A DNA stretch of 64,000 bases from contig JALDZX010000033.1 in assembly GCA_022813865.1 (NCBI GenBank), forward strand, positions 62,001 to 126,000. Direction: 5' to 3'. This document shows, piece by piece, positions 23,176-35,753 of the stretch. Both the position numbers and the translations under genes were made by a program. The DNA comes from Xylographa opegraphella. Its lineage: Eukaryota. The notes under the pieces were generated by a model, which searched no databases, was not told where the DNA came from, and was given only the letters and a program-made list of their open reading frames with translations. Each line of letters opens with the position of its first letter. The stretch's first letter is position 1.

Positions 23176-24719
23176 TTATTTCGTCTGTACAACCAGCTGA
23201 GTTCCCTCCTCCATTTTGATCACTTCTTTCGCGTCCCCTGCATTCTCTACGTCATTCATCTGCTCTCTAAGAATTTCTGCCTGCTGCTTAAAGTTGCGGA
23301 GAAAGACGGATGGATCGGCTTCATCGACATGCGGTTTCTGTGCTTCGAAGGCGCTGTACAGCTCAAACAGCGTTGCCATGAAGGCCTCCTTCAGATAGGC
23401 GAACGTGAACCCCTCAGTCAGAGCTGCTATGGCAGCGCAGTCGGACTCAGACATGTCGACTTCAGGAACGTCGGCGAGCTTGCTTCTGTTGAGAAAAACA
23501 CATGTCAGCGGAGATATTACTTTAGTACTACTGACAGCTTACTTCCAATAGGCAGCATACAGCGCTCGCTCTGGCTCGCCTGGAGAATAAAAGGGGTATT
23601 TTCTGTCAAAGCGACTTGGCCGTTTCATGATTGCAGGATCAAGCTTATTTACTGGGTGAATCATCAGCGGGTGGTCGCCATCAATCCTGACCCGAAACAC
23701 TCACAATGGTTCGTGCTCCCTAAGATCAGTATGCCTTCATTGGTTGACAAGCCATCCACTTCATTCAAGAAATAACTTCTGTGCTTGTCGGTGACTAAAC
23801 TATCAAGGTCTTCGATGACGAGAAAGCACGGCGCTGATTTGCGAGCCATCTGGAAAATCATGGATATGGCCCACTCCTGACCTCGACCCGACACGAACGA
23901 TTTGACGTAAAGACTTGGGACAGGATCGGGTCGTTTGCTAAGAGACTTCATGATAGCTTTGATACTGATAGTCTTACCATTACCCGGCGGACCGTGAAAG
24001 ATGATTCCGCGCTACAGTTCATTAAGGGAGTTTCAAAAGTAATGAGTCAATTGACGAGACTATACCTTCCATGGGATGCCAAATCTCTTATAAGTATCAC
24101 GGGCATTGAAGAATCCTTCAATATCCTTGATCAGTAGCTCCTTTGTTCCCTTGTCAAGAACGACATCCTTCTAATCGGAGCTCTGAACGACTTGGTGAAG
24201 TTCCTTACTTTTCGACCAAGCTTGATCGAAGACCTAGATTTCGTTATGAGACTTCGCGGTCCATTCGGCAACTCTCTTGATCAGCTGCTCCGTAGCAGCA
24301 GAACTCCCATAAACACTTTCATCCTCCCGAGCCTGGGTCAGAATGAAGCTGTACACCTTGTCCTGCTGGTAAGGTCTAGACACTTCCACGTTGTAGACAA
24401 TAAAGTCGTGACCCTCCCACTTGCACCTGTATTCCACAATAACATCTGCTTGTATGCAAGATTGGTCTTCCGAGAATTGATTGGGGCTGGTCCTATAGTG
24501 AGATTCCACTGTACTATCTTGAACAAATGTGGCATAACCAGCTTTGGCAAACGCCTTAAGATCACAAGCACTCAACGCAACAACCGAAAGAATCATCCCA
24601 GGGTATTGTGCACGAAGTGAAGAAGTCATAGCCACCTGAGTCGAGACTTTCTGTGCGGACGAATGGAGTTCATAGTCTCTCACAACGTCACTGTGCTGGG
24701 ATGGCTGCAACGATCCCAT
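23176..24719 (-). CDS. AAA+ ATPase (4 exons) with two in-frame TAG codons in exon 1 (editing-restorable gene or young pseudogene)
   Basis: Walker [15 protein letters not shown], Walker [16 protein letters not shown], sensor GSTNH, Arg finger [10 protein letters not shown]; canonical introns; TAG at 24234-24236 and 24171-24173. Confidence 0.88.
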
Positions 24720-25247
24720 CTTGTCCTTGGCAGGTTAAGATTCCTTATAAAAGACTGTAGCTAGTCTTGGACAAAAAAAAATGCTATTCCGGCTAGACCA
24801 GAGAGTACTTTATAACCAGAAGAGAAATTGAGGCAAGAAATTGCAGCATTATTAAGAAATAGTTCCTTACCACCCACAACACATTCGTGCGGGTGGGCGA
24901 CGTTTCACAAGCCATAATCCATGTAGGATACGTCCACCCAAGATGGATACTGTTTCTGTACCACGCTGATGGATGCAGCGACTATGAATCCGTTGGTTGA
25001 GTATGGGCATAGGTGCATGCTCTGCTCTTTGCCTTAAACTCACTGTGGAGTTAATCCCAACTGCGCGTAAATCCTCGCTACTGGCTAGAAGGCTTTAGGG
25101 CAAAGATCCCGTGCCGAGGCTATCCAGCTAGATAACGTGGTGCAATACGGAGTAATTTCAAGTACGAAGTAAGCGACACCATTTCCCGGATGGACGTGTC
25201 GAGGTCCATCCTCGAAGTGATTCTGTGACTACCTTCATGTAAGAGTC

Positions 25248-27005
25248 ATGGCGGACAATGGACCTGAGGCGTCCCCGCGGACCGGGAGCGCCAAGATGGA
25301 TCCAGTACTCCGCAACGCGATCCGGTACACCATCAGCGCAAAGGAGTACAGGACTTTACACGAATACCTACTCAAGCAGTCGCCGACGATTGTCAGAAGC
25401 CGCGCGCCACTGCCTTCCAAATACGATGCGGCTATCAAAAACAAGGATGACTACAATGCTGCAGCCATTCGGGCCTCGCTACGAGTCTTCTTGGCTGCGC
25501 AGTTGGGGTTGAAACTGTGGGATATCGTCACCGAGCAGCTCCTTCGGCGAAGCAAGCCTACTCGGTATTTCTTATATACTCCTAAGCCTTCATTGTTAGC
25601 GCTGATTTGAAGTACTAGGACGACTGCCAAATCTGCTCCTTTCAAGTCGCCCAACTTTCGGCTTTCAATCTCCATATCTCTTATCCTGCTACTACACCGC
25701 GTTCTTCATCGCTTTTTTACCAGACTTCGCGTCAATCTTCTTACTAAAGATGCGGCGCCGTTTCGCCGGCGAAATCCTCGGATATCAAAAGCCTTGACGG
25801 CCCGCCTTGCCCCGGCCATTGGCTCAAGCCTGGCAGGTTTCGTACTGGGCGTGTCCCCAGGCGACCAGTTCAGGATCTCGGTAGCTATTTATCTGGCTAC
25901 GAGGGCAGCTGAATTTGCCTACAATACTTTGGAGGATGACGGATGGTTCAAGAACAGACCCTGGTGGTTTGGAAGCTGGTTATTGATGCCTCCTGTGTTT
26001 GGACAATTGCTGCATGCCTTTTTGTTCGACAGGGACTGCTTTCCGACGGTGCGTTATAGTTGTTCATTCTTAAGATATTGTTCTAACTTTCTTCTAGTCT
26101 TACGGAGACTTTATCCTAAAGAACACCCCTAACTATATTCAGAAGCGGCCTCCTGGATATCCATCTCAGCTGGCGTGGCCGACGAATGATGGGATCGTGG
26201 ATGGTCTCGCAGAAATATCGAAATTGAATTACCCGTACGTTGTGTACATATTGCAGATATCCAGATTCTCAGCTAATCAAGTTTTCGTTGAAGCGCTTTC
26301 GTGTCTCCTATCCTCTTTCCGTCTGCATCTCAAACACTTCCCTCGTCCATCTCCCAGATCTCGCCAATAACGTCGTCAGCCCACCCGTCCATACGCGCGC
26401 TGACTTGTGCCCTCCTTCATCCGCAGGAGCCCTCCTGCTTGCGTACGTACATCAGCTTCTTTCTTGGCGCCGTGCCAATGTTCGCCAAGTTCTTTGCGCT
26501 GATCCTCGGTCTCTTTTCGCTTCCACGCTACAAAATGTTTCTGAAAGACCCCGTCAAGGAGGTGGATCAGCTTGCTAAAACTGTCTTGCGAATGACAATC
26601 TTTGTCAGCGGAGCTATCGGAACCAGCTGGGGCAGCATCTGCCTCTTCCAGTACATTCTGCCGCGGACATTCTTGCCAACACAGAGGTGGTTCTGGGGTG
26701 GCTTCCTGGGAGGGTTTTGGGGTTTCCTAGAACGGAAGAAAGGCCGAAGCCAATTTCTATACTCGACACGTACGAGCATTGACAGTCTCTGGAAGGTCGG
26801 AGTCAAGAGGGGGTGGTGGAAGTCGGGCAAGAATGGAGATGTGTGGGTATTCGTTGCTAGCCTCATGCTACTCAATGCTGTGTATGAGGTCAAACCGAAT
26901 GCAGTCACTTCAGGAGTTGTGAGAAAGAGCCTGGGAATGCTCCGTGGCGAGGGGTGGGTTGATCGGGCCAGACTCGTTAAGAATGAAGGGGCTCAAGAGG
27001 AGTAG
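25248..27005 (+). CDS. TMEM135-like multi-pass membrane protein (4 exons: 25248-25564, 25619-26048, 26098-26234, 26294-27005)
   Basis: In-frame splicing; motifs RPWWFGSWLL, LTCALLHPQEPSC, GAIGTSWGSIC. Confidence 0.82.
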
Positions 27006-27722
27006 CTACGGTAGGGACTCCTGTTTTGGTTGAGTGTCCATAATGACTTTGCGGCCGAGCTGTCGACGGTGTTCCGGTGATCGGAGTGAGTTGATATCCC
27101 TGTTTTGGTGCAAGCGCTCTATGATTTCCTAGCTACTATCCATATCTAGAATTACCTCTTATAGCATGATAGTTTATAGCCTTGTAAACACTGTATCTAG
27201 TCACGCGGCAAACGGCATATCACTGATTACAATTTTTTCATGTTTGTCTCGAAATCGCCAATATCCCACGTTGACTGAACACACAGGTAGTCTAGCAACC
27301 CGAGATTGTCCTAGCTAGAAAGTCTTGTCACGTTGGTGATTACACTGTTATTCAAGTCGACCTCCGCTGAAGCCTCGTCGTTGCTCGTCCATCAGGGTCC
27401 ATCTCAGATCTCTAGTAGGACTGAATTGCTATCTTGACAGTAGGTAGAAGAATCGATATTCTTAGGAGGAAGTGTAACACTCTCAATTGTGATGTTATAT
27501 CCTCTGCGTGATATGCCCGTGGAATCAAAGAGGTTATGGACATGCTCCTTTAGAGGAAGTCCAGGATAGAGGTTTCAGCGTACCCATTGCACTTAGAGAC
27601 TATAGAGCTGGCAATACCATGTTAGACAGCTGAATGTTGTTTTCCGTAGAAATGTTCGGCAGATCCCGATATTAGACGTTGTTCTCAGGGACTTACAAGA
27701 ACACCACAATTTTAATCCAGGA

Positions 27723-28734
27723 TCACTCCTCACACAGATCCTCCAGTAATACCAGAACCTTTTTCTGCAGCTCGAGTACCTCTCCCGAACGTAATTTCCG
27801 TTTCCTATCAGTCGCGCTCACCTGATCATTCATTTCATCGTCTGTCTCATCATCCCGCAAGACCAGTTCGCGCCTGATCCCAAACGAAGGAATTCCCAAG
27901 GACTGTAGCTCTACCCTCGTGGCATTTACCATTTCCAAGCACGCCCGGTGTACCTTCTTGTCGTAACGTACTAGTTCAGCGACGTCCTCAGCGGGTGTCT
28001 ATACATCTTGTTAGTCCTCGGCAGCTGGCGATAAGCAGACACCCTTACCGGTCCAGAGACTTGAGTGGATACTTTGCCACCCATCGATTTACTATCAGAA
28101 ATCGTTAGCGACTGGCTGTAAAGAAGTATTGGTAGGGTGCCGGTCTGAGCTTCTATAAGGGAACAAGAGCTCAGAGCATGAGGATAACCCACAGCACTTC
28201 CTCCACCTTCTTCCTACCTTCCTCCCGCTCTTCTTGCTGCTTAATCAAAGCTTGCCTTCCATCCCACCACTGCCGCTCGTGTTGATGCTGCGAAGAGATC
28301 AGCTTTCTCAGGCGGGATATCGTGGCCTCGTTGCGAGCGACGATCTTCGTGATGTGGCGAAGAGCAGCAGGGTAGGTGATGATGGTGCGGGGATCTACAG
28401 TAGTGGGCTTTGGAATACTCTGGGAGATTTCCGTTTTAGAGATCGCATCACCAAGGGTGGAAGTAACGGTAGTTTGTGATGACACCGTGGGCCCTCTTTC
28501 ATGTCCTTGAATGGGAAGAAGAGCATCGTTAGGGTCGTATTCGCCCTCTTCAAGCTCAAGGCCGAGGTCTAGGTCCTGAGCGTGGCCGATAGTTCCATCG
28601 AGCTGTGATGCACGTGGTGAATTAGGTCTCACGGGTTGGATTGGCAGAGGAGGTGCCGGATGGTGCGAGGTGGTTGCGGCAAGCGAACGAAGGATAGAAG
28701 CAATATCCGGGGTAATATAGTTGTTGCTTGACAT
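27723..28734 (-). CDS. Conserved fungal protein, DUF2458-like (3 exons)
   Basis: DPRTIITYPAALRHI...QHQHERQWWDGRQAL...ELVRYDKKVHRAC...LGIPSFG; introns splice in frame. Confidence 0.75.
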
Positions 28735-29143
28735 CTTGTATGCCTTGAGCAGAACTAAAGCATGAAGATGCAACGAGATCTGCTCGCACTAAACAGAACA
28801 ACGAAAGATTTCGGACCACATCAATTCATGTAAATCATGATTGTTCAGATGCATACGACATTTTGGAGATTTATACGAAAAGCAGAGTTAAAAGATACCA
28901 AACCTCAAGACCGTGTGATTTTAAGAACGAGTGTCTCCGTAATTATTGAGATAGTGAAAGGAGTGATATCTATCCTAGACCACCCGAGAATTCAGAGCCC
29001 GGACAACCCCTGTTCCAAGCGTCTGGCGCTAAGATAAATTTATGCTCGTCATCCAGACATCCATTTCGCCGGTCAGCTTCCACCCTGCAGCACATTCAGT
29101 TGTACGCTACCATTCCCAATAGGCTTGTTAGATATTCCTGAAC

Positions 29144-30114
29144 ATGTCTCGTTCTGCGGCAGACGCAACGCGATTCACGGCCACTTCTCCTCACGCCTAT
29201 TCCAAACCCAGTACGCTCCGCTCTGCAGCCTCAAATACTTTCTCACCTTCTTCTTATCCGAGGGCACACCCACTACCGCACAATGCGAAGCCTCAGTCGT
29301 CTTCACCTGGCGGACCAGCTGCAAGGCCGTCCGCTAGCGAGACAGCAGCACAAAAGGTTGCTAGATTAAGAGCTGCGCGTGCGATACAAAAAGAAGCACA
29401 AATATCGACTTGGGACAGGGTAGTTGTCAGAGGAAGAGTGATTGCAGATGCAGCGCACAGATTCACAGCCCTGGGCTTAATTGGACTAACAGGTAAGTGT
29501 CTATGGTGTTTGATGAGCCAAGAGATATGATCGGGGAGTTCTAATTCAATTAATTCACTATAGTCCTGGCGGGAGGTGTGGCCACATTTGCTCTTGGTGA
29601 TATGATAGTCTACAACAGGCGAAAACGGAAGTCCTTCTTTGCGGAACAACACATGCTTCTTGAGCAGCGACTTGCTGAAGCTCGACAAGCGGCCGCCAAC
29701 GGTACAGCAGATGATGACCAAATGCTACTCATAAACCGAGAACGAGCAGCCGATGAAGCTGAAGAGGCGCGCAAGGCACGTAAAGGTCCATTGACTTATT
29801 TGAAAGAGCTTTTTTCGACGGAGGGCATGAAGAAAGAGGACAATGGAAGCGGACTTGATCTGCTTGGCGAAGAAGGTCTTCGGAAAATAGGCGAAGAAAG
29901 CTCCATCATACAGCCAGGCGGCGAGACGAAGGTCCAAGATCAGGAGGTTCCAAGAGCCTCCATATTACATGAAGTGGAAGAGAAGCGGCAGGAAGGACAA
30001 CAGAAACCTCTGAGTGTAGGGGTTCAGGGAGGGCCTTTGGATCAATTGGCAGAAGAAGCAACCGCAGCTGCAAAGTCCAGAAGTGGATGGACAAGTTGGG
30101 TCACATCAAAATGA
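29144..30114 (+). CDS. Cytochrome c oxidase assembly protein, COX14-type (2 exons: 29144-29492, 29563-30114)
   Basis: MSRSAADATRFTAT...ETAAQKVARLR...DRVVVRGRVIADAAHR followed by a single TM; GTAAGT..TAG intron. Confidence 0.75.
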
Positions 30115-30565
30115 CGACGCTATCAAAGAAGGATCCGGATCGCAGCACACCCCTATATCCTACTCAATGCATGGCGCGGGAGTTCGTGGATGATTTGTAT
30201 GGAATGGAGTCTAAATGATCCTGCAAAACCCTTGTTCATATAAATAGAGACATTTCTTCATTGCTCGACTGGTATGCTTTTGGTGGACTAGGTCCTATAT
30301 CAGGTACTAGGTATGTCAGCAGACATACGGTCAGGTGATGATCCTGAGGAGCACAAATCATACATGAAGCCTGTATATATGCCACAAACGTATCAGGACT
30401 TCTCGTGATTGCCCTCTAATTTCGCAATAACTCCAAGCATGAATGCTGGAGCCTATTGAACGGCGTTCTCTGCCACAGTAGGGCTCGCCGTTGCCGTCTC
30501 GGAAGAAACCGAACCAAACACCCCACCACCTTCCTCCTCTCTCCCCTCAACGTTCGCTCAAGAAC

Positions 30566-31409
30566 ATGATTATCCGCCTGGCAAATGCTGTTTACTCGTT
30601 ATGTTTACTCGGTTTCATTTCCTCCCTCTCACCTCTCGCATCTGCAGCCAGTACAGTCCTCACCCTCACTCTCCTACAAAGTAACCTTCCCCAGCTGACC
30701 AGCGCTCGTACCAGCACCCACATCTTTCTGCAAATGCACCTGCTTCGAGAATAGCTACATTATCCCCCTCGATAAACCCCCGAAAGCGACTTCTACCGTC
30801 TCGCCGCACAGACTACTGCATGCGCCCCGTGCGGATGAGTTCCCCGCGGGTGGGGAAGAGCCCGCGAAGGAATACAGGCCGGGAAACTGCAACGACTGCA
30901 ATCGGCAATTTTGCTTAGGGTACAATTTGCCGATATGTAAGGGCGCAACGGAGAAGGATGTGTTTGCGACCTGTTTCCGTGAGTGACCATTTCCGTCTTG
31001 TGAATCTCTAGATCCGTCTTCCGAGTTGGGGATTACAGCTACAAGATTGAGGGAGCTGCATCACAAAAGACGAATCTCATCTAGAGGCTATCAAGTTGAC
31101 CGCGCTCGTTATATGGGACATGACTGGCCATACAAACCACTTGCTAACCATCCTGGTGTATCTTCAGAAAGGGACTCGAGGAAGGACGAAACTGTTGTCT
31201 TTATATTTATCTTTGCCACAGTTGGGCTGCTAGGGTGGTCATTCATACGGCCTTGGGTGCAGAAATGGGTCGAGGTATGCGTTCTCTGAAGCCCAGATAC
31301 CAACTTTCCAGCATTATGAATCCAGAGGCTGATGCTTCTGTTACTTAAACAGAGTGCGAGGGAGAGAAGAAACTATATTCCAGTAGCATCTACAGGAGAC
31401 GGAGCATAA
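30566..31409 (+). CDS. Small conserved Cys-rich secretory-pathway membrane protein (multi-exon)
   Basis: Signal peptide; FCKCTCF...CNDCNRQFCL...C...CF|QRDSRKDETVVFIFIFATVGLL TM; ends ARERRNYIPVASTGDGA*. Confidence 0.75.
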
Positions 31410-31797
31410 GTTATAAGATACAGGGCGCCGAATACGATGTGGAGGCGCATAGTCATATGGGTACAAGGTTGTACTGAATATCATAGCGTCGGCGTTGGGT
31501 AGCTGTCGTGGTTCACCGTTTTGGATTATGGCGATTTGTGCTCCAATGGGTAATCGGGTCTGTTCAACATCGAATCAGGTTGTCATGGTCATGAATTTCC
31601 AATTCGCGATTCACACCTTATTTCACCGGAACAATATATCGATATCTGCAATGTCTGCTCCGGATGTGATTCGGCTACTCGAGTGCTACTCACAACCCAT
31701 ATGATAGCACGCAAGGCTAGCATTTTACCACAGCTTCCTTTTCTCACTATCCACGCATCTGAGCCCCTTGCTCCCCCACCAACTTGCTTGCCGCCGT

Positions 31798-32037
31798 TTA
31801 GTTTCCTATATTGCCCCTCCCGTCCTTGCTAACCTTCTCCTCCGCCGCATCATCGATCGCGCTTTTCGGGTTACTAGGCAGACTGTCCTTCGTCTCCTCG
31901 CTCTTGTCTTTCGAGTGCGACTCGCTCGGTGCAGCATCCACTTTGGCCTGCTCGTCACCCGCGTGCTCGGTAGTGCTCTGGACTTGCTTCGGGGCGCGCT
32001 CTGGCTCGGGCGACTGACGGCCGGCTTTGTCTGCCAT
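31798..32037 (-). CDS. Small hydrophilic fungal protein (79 aa)
   Basis: MADKAGRQSPEPER...LPSNPKSAIDDAAEEKVSK resembles a conserved GRQSP..SNP small-protein family; good ATG context. Confidence 0.7.
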   Translation of the reverse strand: MADKAGRQSPEPERAPKQVQSTTEHAGDEQAKVDAAPSESHSKDKSEETKDSLPSNPKSAIDDAAEEKVSKDGRGNIGN

Positions 32038-32593
32038 TGTTGCGATGTTATGGAGGGATTGAATTGAGATTTTGGGTTTCTGAGACGGCAGAAGTGGATT
32101 AGCAGAATTGCACATGTACGTTCAAGGAGCAGGTTTATGGTTTCGGTAGGATAGTCGCCCACGGTGCTGAACTTTAGACGCAACTGGAATGGTGTTGGTA
32201 TGGATATCACTTACAGCGGTTTTCTTGGGAACTGGGGCTTGCAATCTTGGATAACGGTGGTCTAGCAAAAAACGTCGAACCTTGGAGGGGCTCCGGATTC
32301 ATAGGGAAGTGAGCCCCACTAGATCGTGGCTACGTCACAGCGGATGAGTCCGTATGCGCGCCTGTTATTCAGCAAATGTCCTTGAGAGACTATCAATTGG
32401 CGTTGATTATCAAGTCCGCCTTGCAGGCGTGTTTCGGCTCCTGATACAATGAAGCTCGACGATAGGAAATGCTCCTAGCTTGAGGCGAATAGTCGTTTTG
32501 CAGCAGGAAACCTAGATCCGACAACCTGATCGTCAAGCAGCTCAGTTGAGGACTATTTGGATATGTACAATATCCATACAGAATTATTTCATT

Positions 32594-33841
32594 CTATTCT
32601 CGGACAAATAGACCCGCCATTCCCATACCGGTTCCGATGCACATACTGACAACGCCCACCTCGAGACCCCTTCTCTCCATTTCAGGCAGCATTGTCGCCA
32701 CTTGCCTGGCCCCAGTAGCCCCTAGGGGATGTCCCAGCGCGATTGCTCCTCCTTTCAAATTCACCTTCTCTTCGTCAATCTCGAGTTTCCGCATACAGTA
32801 CAGCGCCTGACTAGCAAATGCCTCGTTGATCTCCCATATTTGAACTTCGGATTTCGTAATTCCAGTGTACTCAAGGAGCTTGGGAATGGCCACTGCTGGA
32901 CCTACACCCATCTCATCAGGGTGACATCCAACAACTTGCGATCCAGCCCATTTTCCGATGATTGAGCTTGAGAGCCCTAATTCGGTCGCGGTCGACCGCC
33001 GCATCAACAGTGTTGCTGCAGCGCCGTCTGTGACCTGCGAGCTGTTTCCAGCCGTAGAAGTGCCGTCGGCTTTAAAGGCAGGCTTCAACTTCGCCAGTGT
33101 TTCCATTGTTGTGTTCGGCCTGATTCCATCGTCTTCCTTAACGGTAATTTCTTTCTCTGTGACATTGTCCTGGTTCTCCTCAAGATCCCGCCATCTCGTT
33201 GTTACCGGTACAATTTCCTTGTCAAATAAACCGTCCTTCCGTGCTTTGGCAGCTTTTTGGTGTGATCGAGCGGCGAAAGCGTCCTGCTCCTCACGGGAGA
33301 CATTATACCTGGAGGCCACATTCTCAGACGTTAACCCCATTGGCATAATACAGTCTCTTGCATCCTTCACAGGGGAATCTTTCAGTTCTGGCCAGAGCAC
33401 TGTAGGAATAGCTCTTGAGCCGTAATTTCTTGTCATAGATTCCATTCCTCCACCAATGCCAATATCAATACTGCCTACCGCTATGGCATACGCAATACTT
33501 GTAATCGCAGCTAATCCGGACGAGCATTGGCGATTTATAGTATGGAATGCAGTTACGTTAGGCAGCCCAGCATGGTTCGCTGCCATTTTTCCAGCCTTTG
33601 CACCTCCGAGCTCTTGAAGCACGGAACCAACAGCAACGTCACGAATCCTGGACGGGTCGAGCTTTGGGTTGGCAGCAAGGGTGGCCTTCAAGACATGGTA
33701 AAGGAGCTCTTCGGGGTAGGCGTCTTTGAGGCCACCCTTTTTGGCGCGAGTCAGAGGAGTCCGAAGAGATGAGAGGATCACGACGTCATGAGGTGACTTG
33801 GTGAGAATGTTTTTGAGCCCTTGATGCATATAGCCTGCCAT
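32594..33841 (-). CDS. 3-ketoacyl-CoA thiolase
   Basis: INRQCSSGL catalytic Cys; NEAF; GGAIALGHPLGATG; SMCIGTGMG; intronless. Confidence 0.96.
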   Translation of the reverse strand: MAGYMHQGLKNILTKSPHDVVILSSLRTPLTRAKKGGLKDAYPEELLYHVLKATLAANPKLDPSRIRDVAVGSVLQELGGAKAGKMAANHAGLPNVTAFHTINRQCSSGLAAITSIAYAIAVGSIDIGIGGGMESMTRNYGSRAIPTVLWPELKDSPVKDARDCIMPMGLTSENVASRYNVSREEQDAFAARSHQKAAKARKDGLFDKEIVPVTTRWRDLEENQDNVTEKEITVKEDDGIRPNTTMETLAKLKPAFKADGTSTAGNSSQVTDGAAATLLMRRSTATELGLSSSIIGKWAGSQVVGCHPDEMGVGPAVAIPKLLEYTGITKSEVQIWEINEAFASQALYCMRKLEIDEEKVNLKGGAIALGHPLGATGARQVATMLPEMERRGLEVGVVSMCIGTGMGMAGLFVRE

Positions 33842-34276
33842 TGCTATTCTCCGGGTTTCGATTGAGACGACTTCGTAGTCCAAACTATATATGCAAGCTC
33901 TCTAAAAAGACTCCTAGTCAATAAAACAAAATAGAGGGCTATTTCAATGCTCGAATGTGATCAACAGAGTGCATATGCGTGGGACCACGTAGCTCATAGA
34001 CATTATTGTACAACAGCAGAGAAAGGAAGAAAATGACGAGGCCGGAAAAATATCAAGCTTCAAGCAAGCCACGGGCTTGCCGCCGTTTGTCGGGATGTTC
34101 ATGGTTGTGGATGAGAGTCCGAAAGGCATTTAACCACGGGAATTCCATTGCGATCAGCCCTGCATAACTCAGCCCTACCCAAGCTTGAGTTCGAATTTCC
34201 GTATTCCGTACTTCTTGTTTATTGCAAAGTGAGCTAATAGGACGGCCAACCGCGTAACTCCTTATCATCTCCTGAT

Positions 34277-35634
34277 ATGAGCTCATTATCTCAAACATCC
34301 CGTCTGATCCAACATATTTCTCATAGTGCTAGCACAAGATCGGGTTATGTGTGTATCAGGTGCCAGCACAGTCTGAGTGCGCGCTCCTTTGCCATATTAC
34401 CGAAGTCTATACCAGTGGGGATCCAGAGGCACGCGAGCACCGCAAGAGAGAAAACACCATACACGGAGAAGATCAGACGGAAAATATGGGGAACTCAAGA
34501 TCCTCCGGGGCAGGCTGATCCGTATGGAGATGCTAGCGTCCTCGATCAAACGAAAAAGCAGACATTGGAGTCCGAGCCCGAGCAAGCCGTCGAAGAACGT
34601 CCTACGACAGGAGATGAGCCTCTTTCGACCTCTGCCGCAAATGAGGACTACGTTCCTGCAACCACGTGGGACGGGTTAGATCACATCGGTGGTGCGACAG
34701 GGTGGTGGGAGGAAGCTTGGGATGAGGAGCATCAGTTTACCAGGTGTGTACTGCAGCTGTAGTGCTGTTTGGATGCTGACGGGGTTTTACTAGCTTTATA
34801 AGCCCACTGAAGCTGGAATCCAATGATGATGTCAAAAGAGCTATTCGTAAAGCAGTTGTGGAGGTTCATATGCTTAAGCAAGTCGATAGGCCCCTCGCGG
34901 AAGTTACTCAATTTCCGCTCGAGAGCCAATTTGATTTCTCGAGTGTCACTTTCGTCAAAGCAGAGAGTGGTATAGTCTCAATCGATAATGGCGATGTTGA
35001 GGATAAGAGCGGCATCTTGTACGCGATGACGCACCCGGACGACGTTGCAGAATTGGACGGAATTGTAGCATCGGACAAAGTTGCAGAAGTGCAAGCCGAA
35101 GAACCAACTGATACCTTGGGCAAGGATGATATGTCAAGAGAAGCTATGGAGTCACACCTCAAGTTTGGAGACTTTACAATTACTCAAGACACCCTTGAAA
35201 GAGAAGTTCCGAATCCAGAAAATGCAGAGAAGCCTGTTTCTTCGAAAGTGGAGGATCAGACCTGGATGGGTATTTCTCTCGAAGATCAGATGATGAAATT
35301 TGCTGTAAGTCATGGCATCGTTTTGCTTGGATTTGCATTAATTTAAAGTCAGGTTATCAAACGTGTTATGCAACTTTCTGGGAGACGAATCGCGGATCCT
35401 GTAATTGGAAGAATAAATATTGTCGCTGATATTGTCGAGCACTTAACCGAGAAACCCAAACCGAAAAAGCTCGTTGAGCAGCTCATTGCCAAGCCAGCTT
35501 TAGCGAATATGCCAAATGTTCAAATATTTGATCGTCGTCATACTCCGATCGACAAAGAGAAAGAAGTCGGACGATGGAAAGTCATCGAAAGAGAATTGAG
35601 AAAAAGGGGCTTGCCTGTGACGGGTCGAGCTTAA
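34277..35634 (+). CDS. Mitochondrial large-subunit ribosomal protein mL50-like (3 exons: 34277-34743, 34793-35304, 35353-35634)
   Basis: Basic presequence; RRKIWGT..PPG..DPY; YVPATTWDGL; KFA|VIKRVMQLSGRRIADP; PIDKEKEVGRWKVIEREL. Confidence 0.82.
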
Positions 35635-35753
35635 GCGACTTCTTGGCCAATCCAACCTGCTAAATTAATGAAGCCTCCTGGTAGGAGTACTGAAAGGTCC
35701 TCAGGTTCGTATGTATATATCTGCATCTACTACTTGTATGCAATCATCATGGA

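Noticed and set aside
24171..24236. Genome-wide UAG reassignment as the explanation for in-frame TAGs
   Set aside because: TAG terminates other genes at plausible C-termini here (thiolase LFVRE* at 32594, AKR at 15550, TMEM135-like at 27003-27005)
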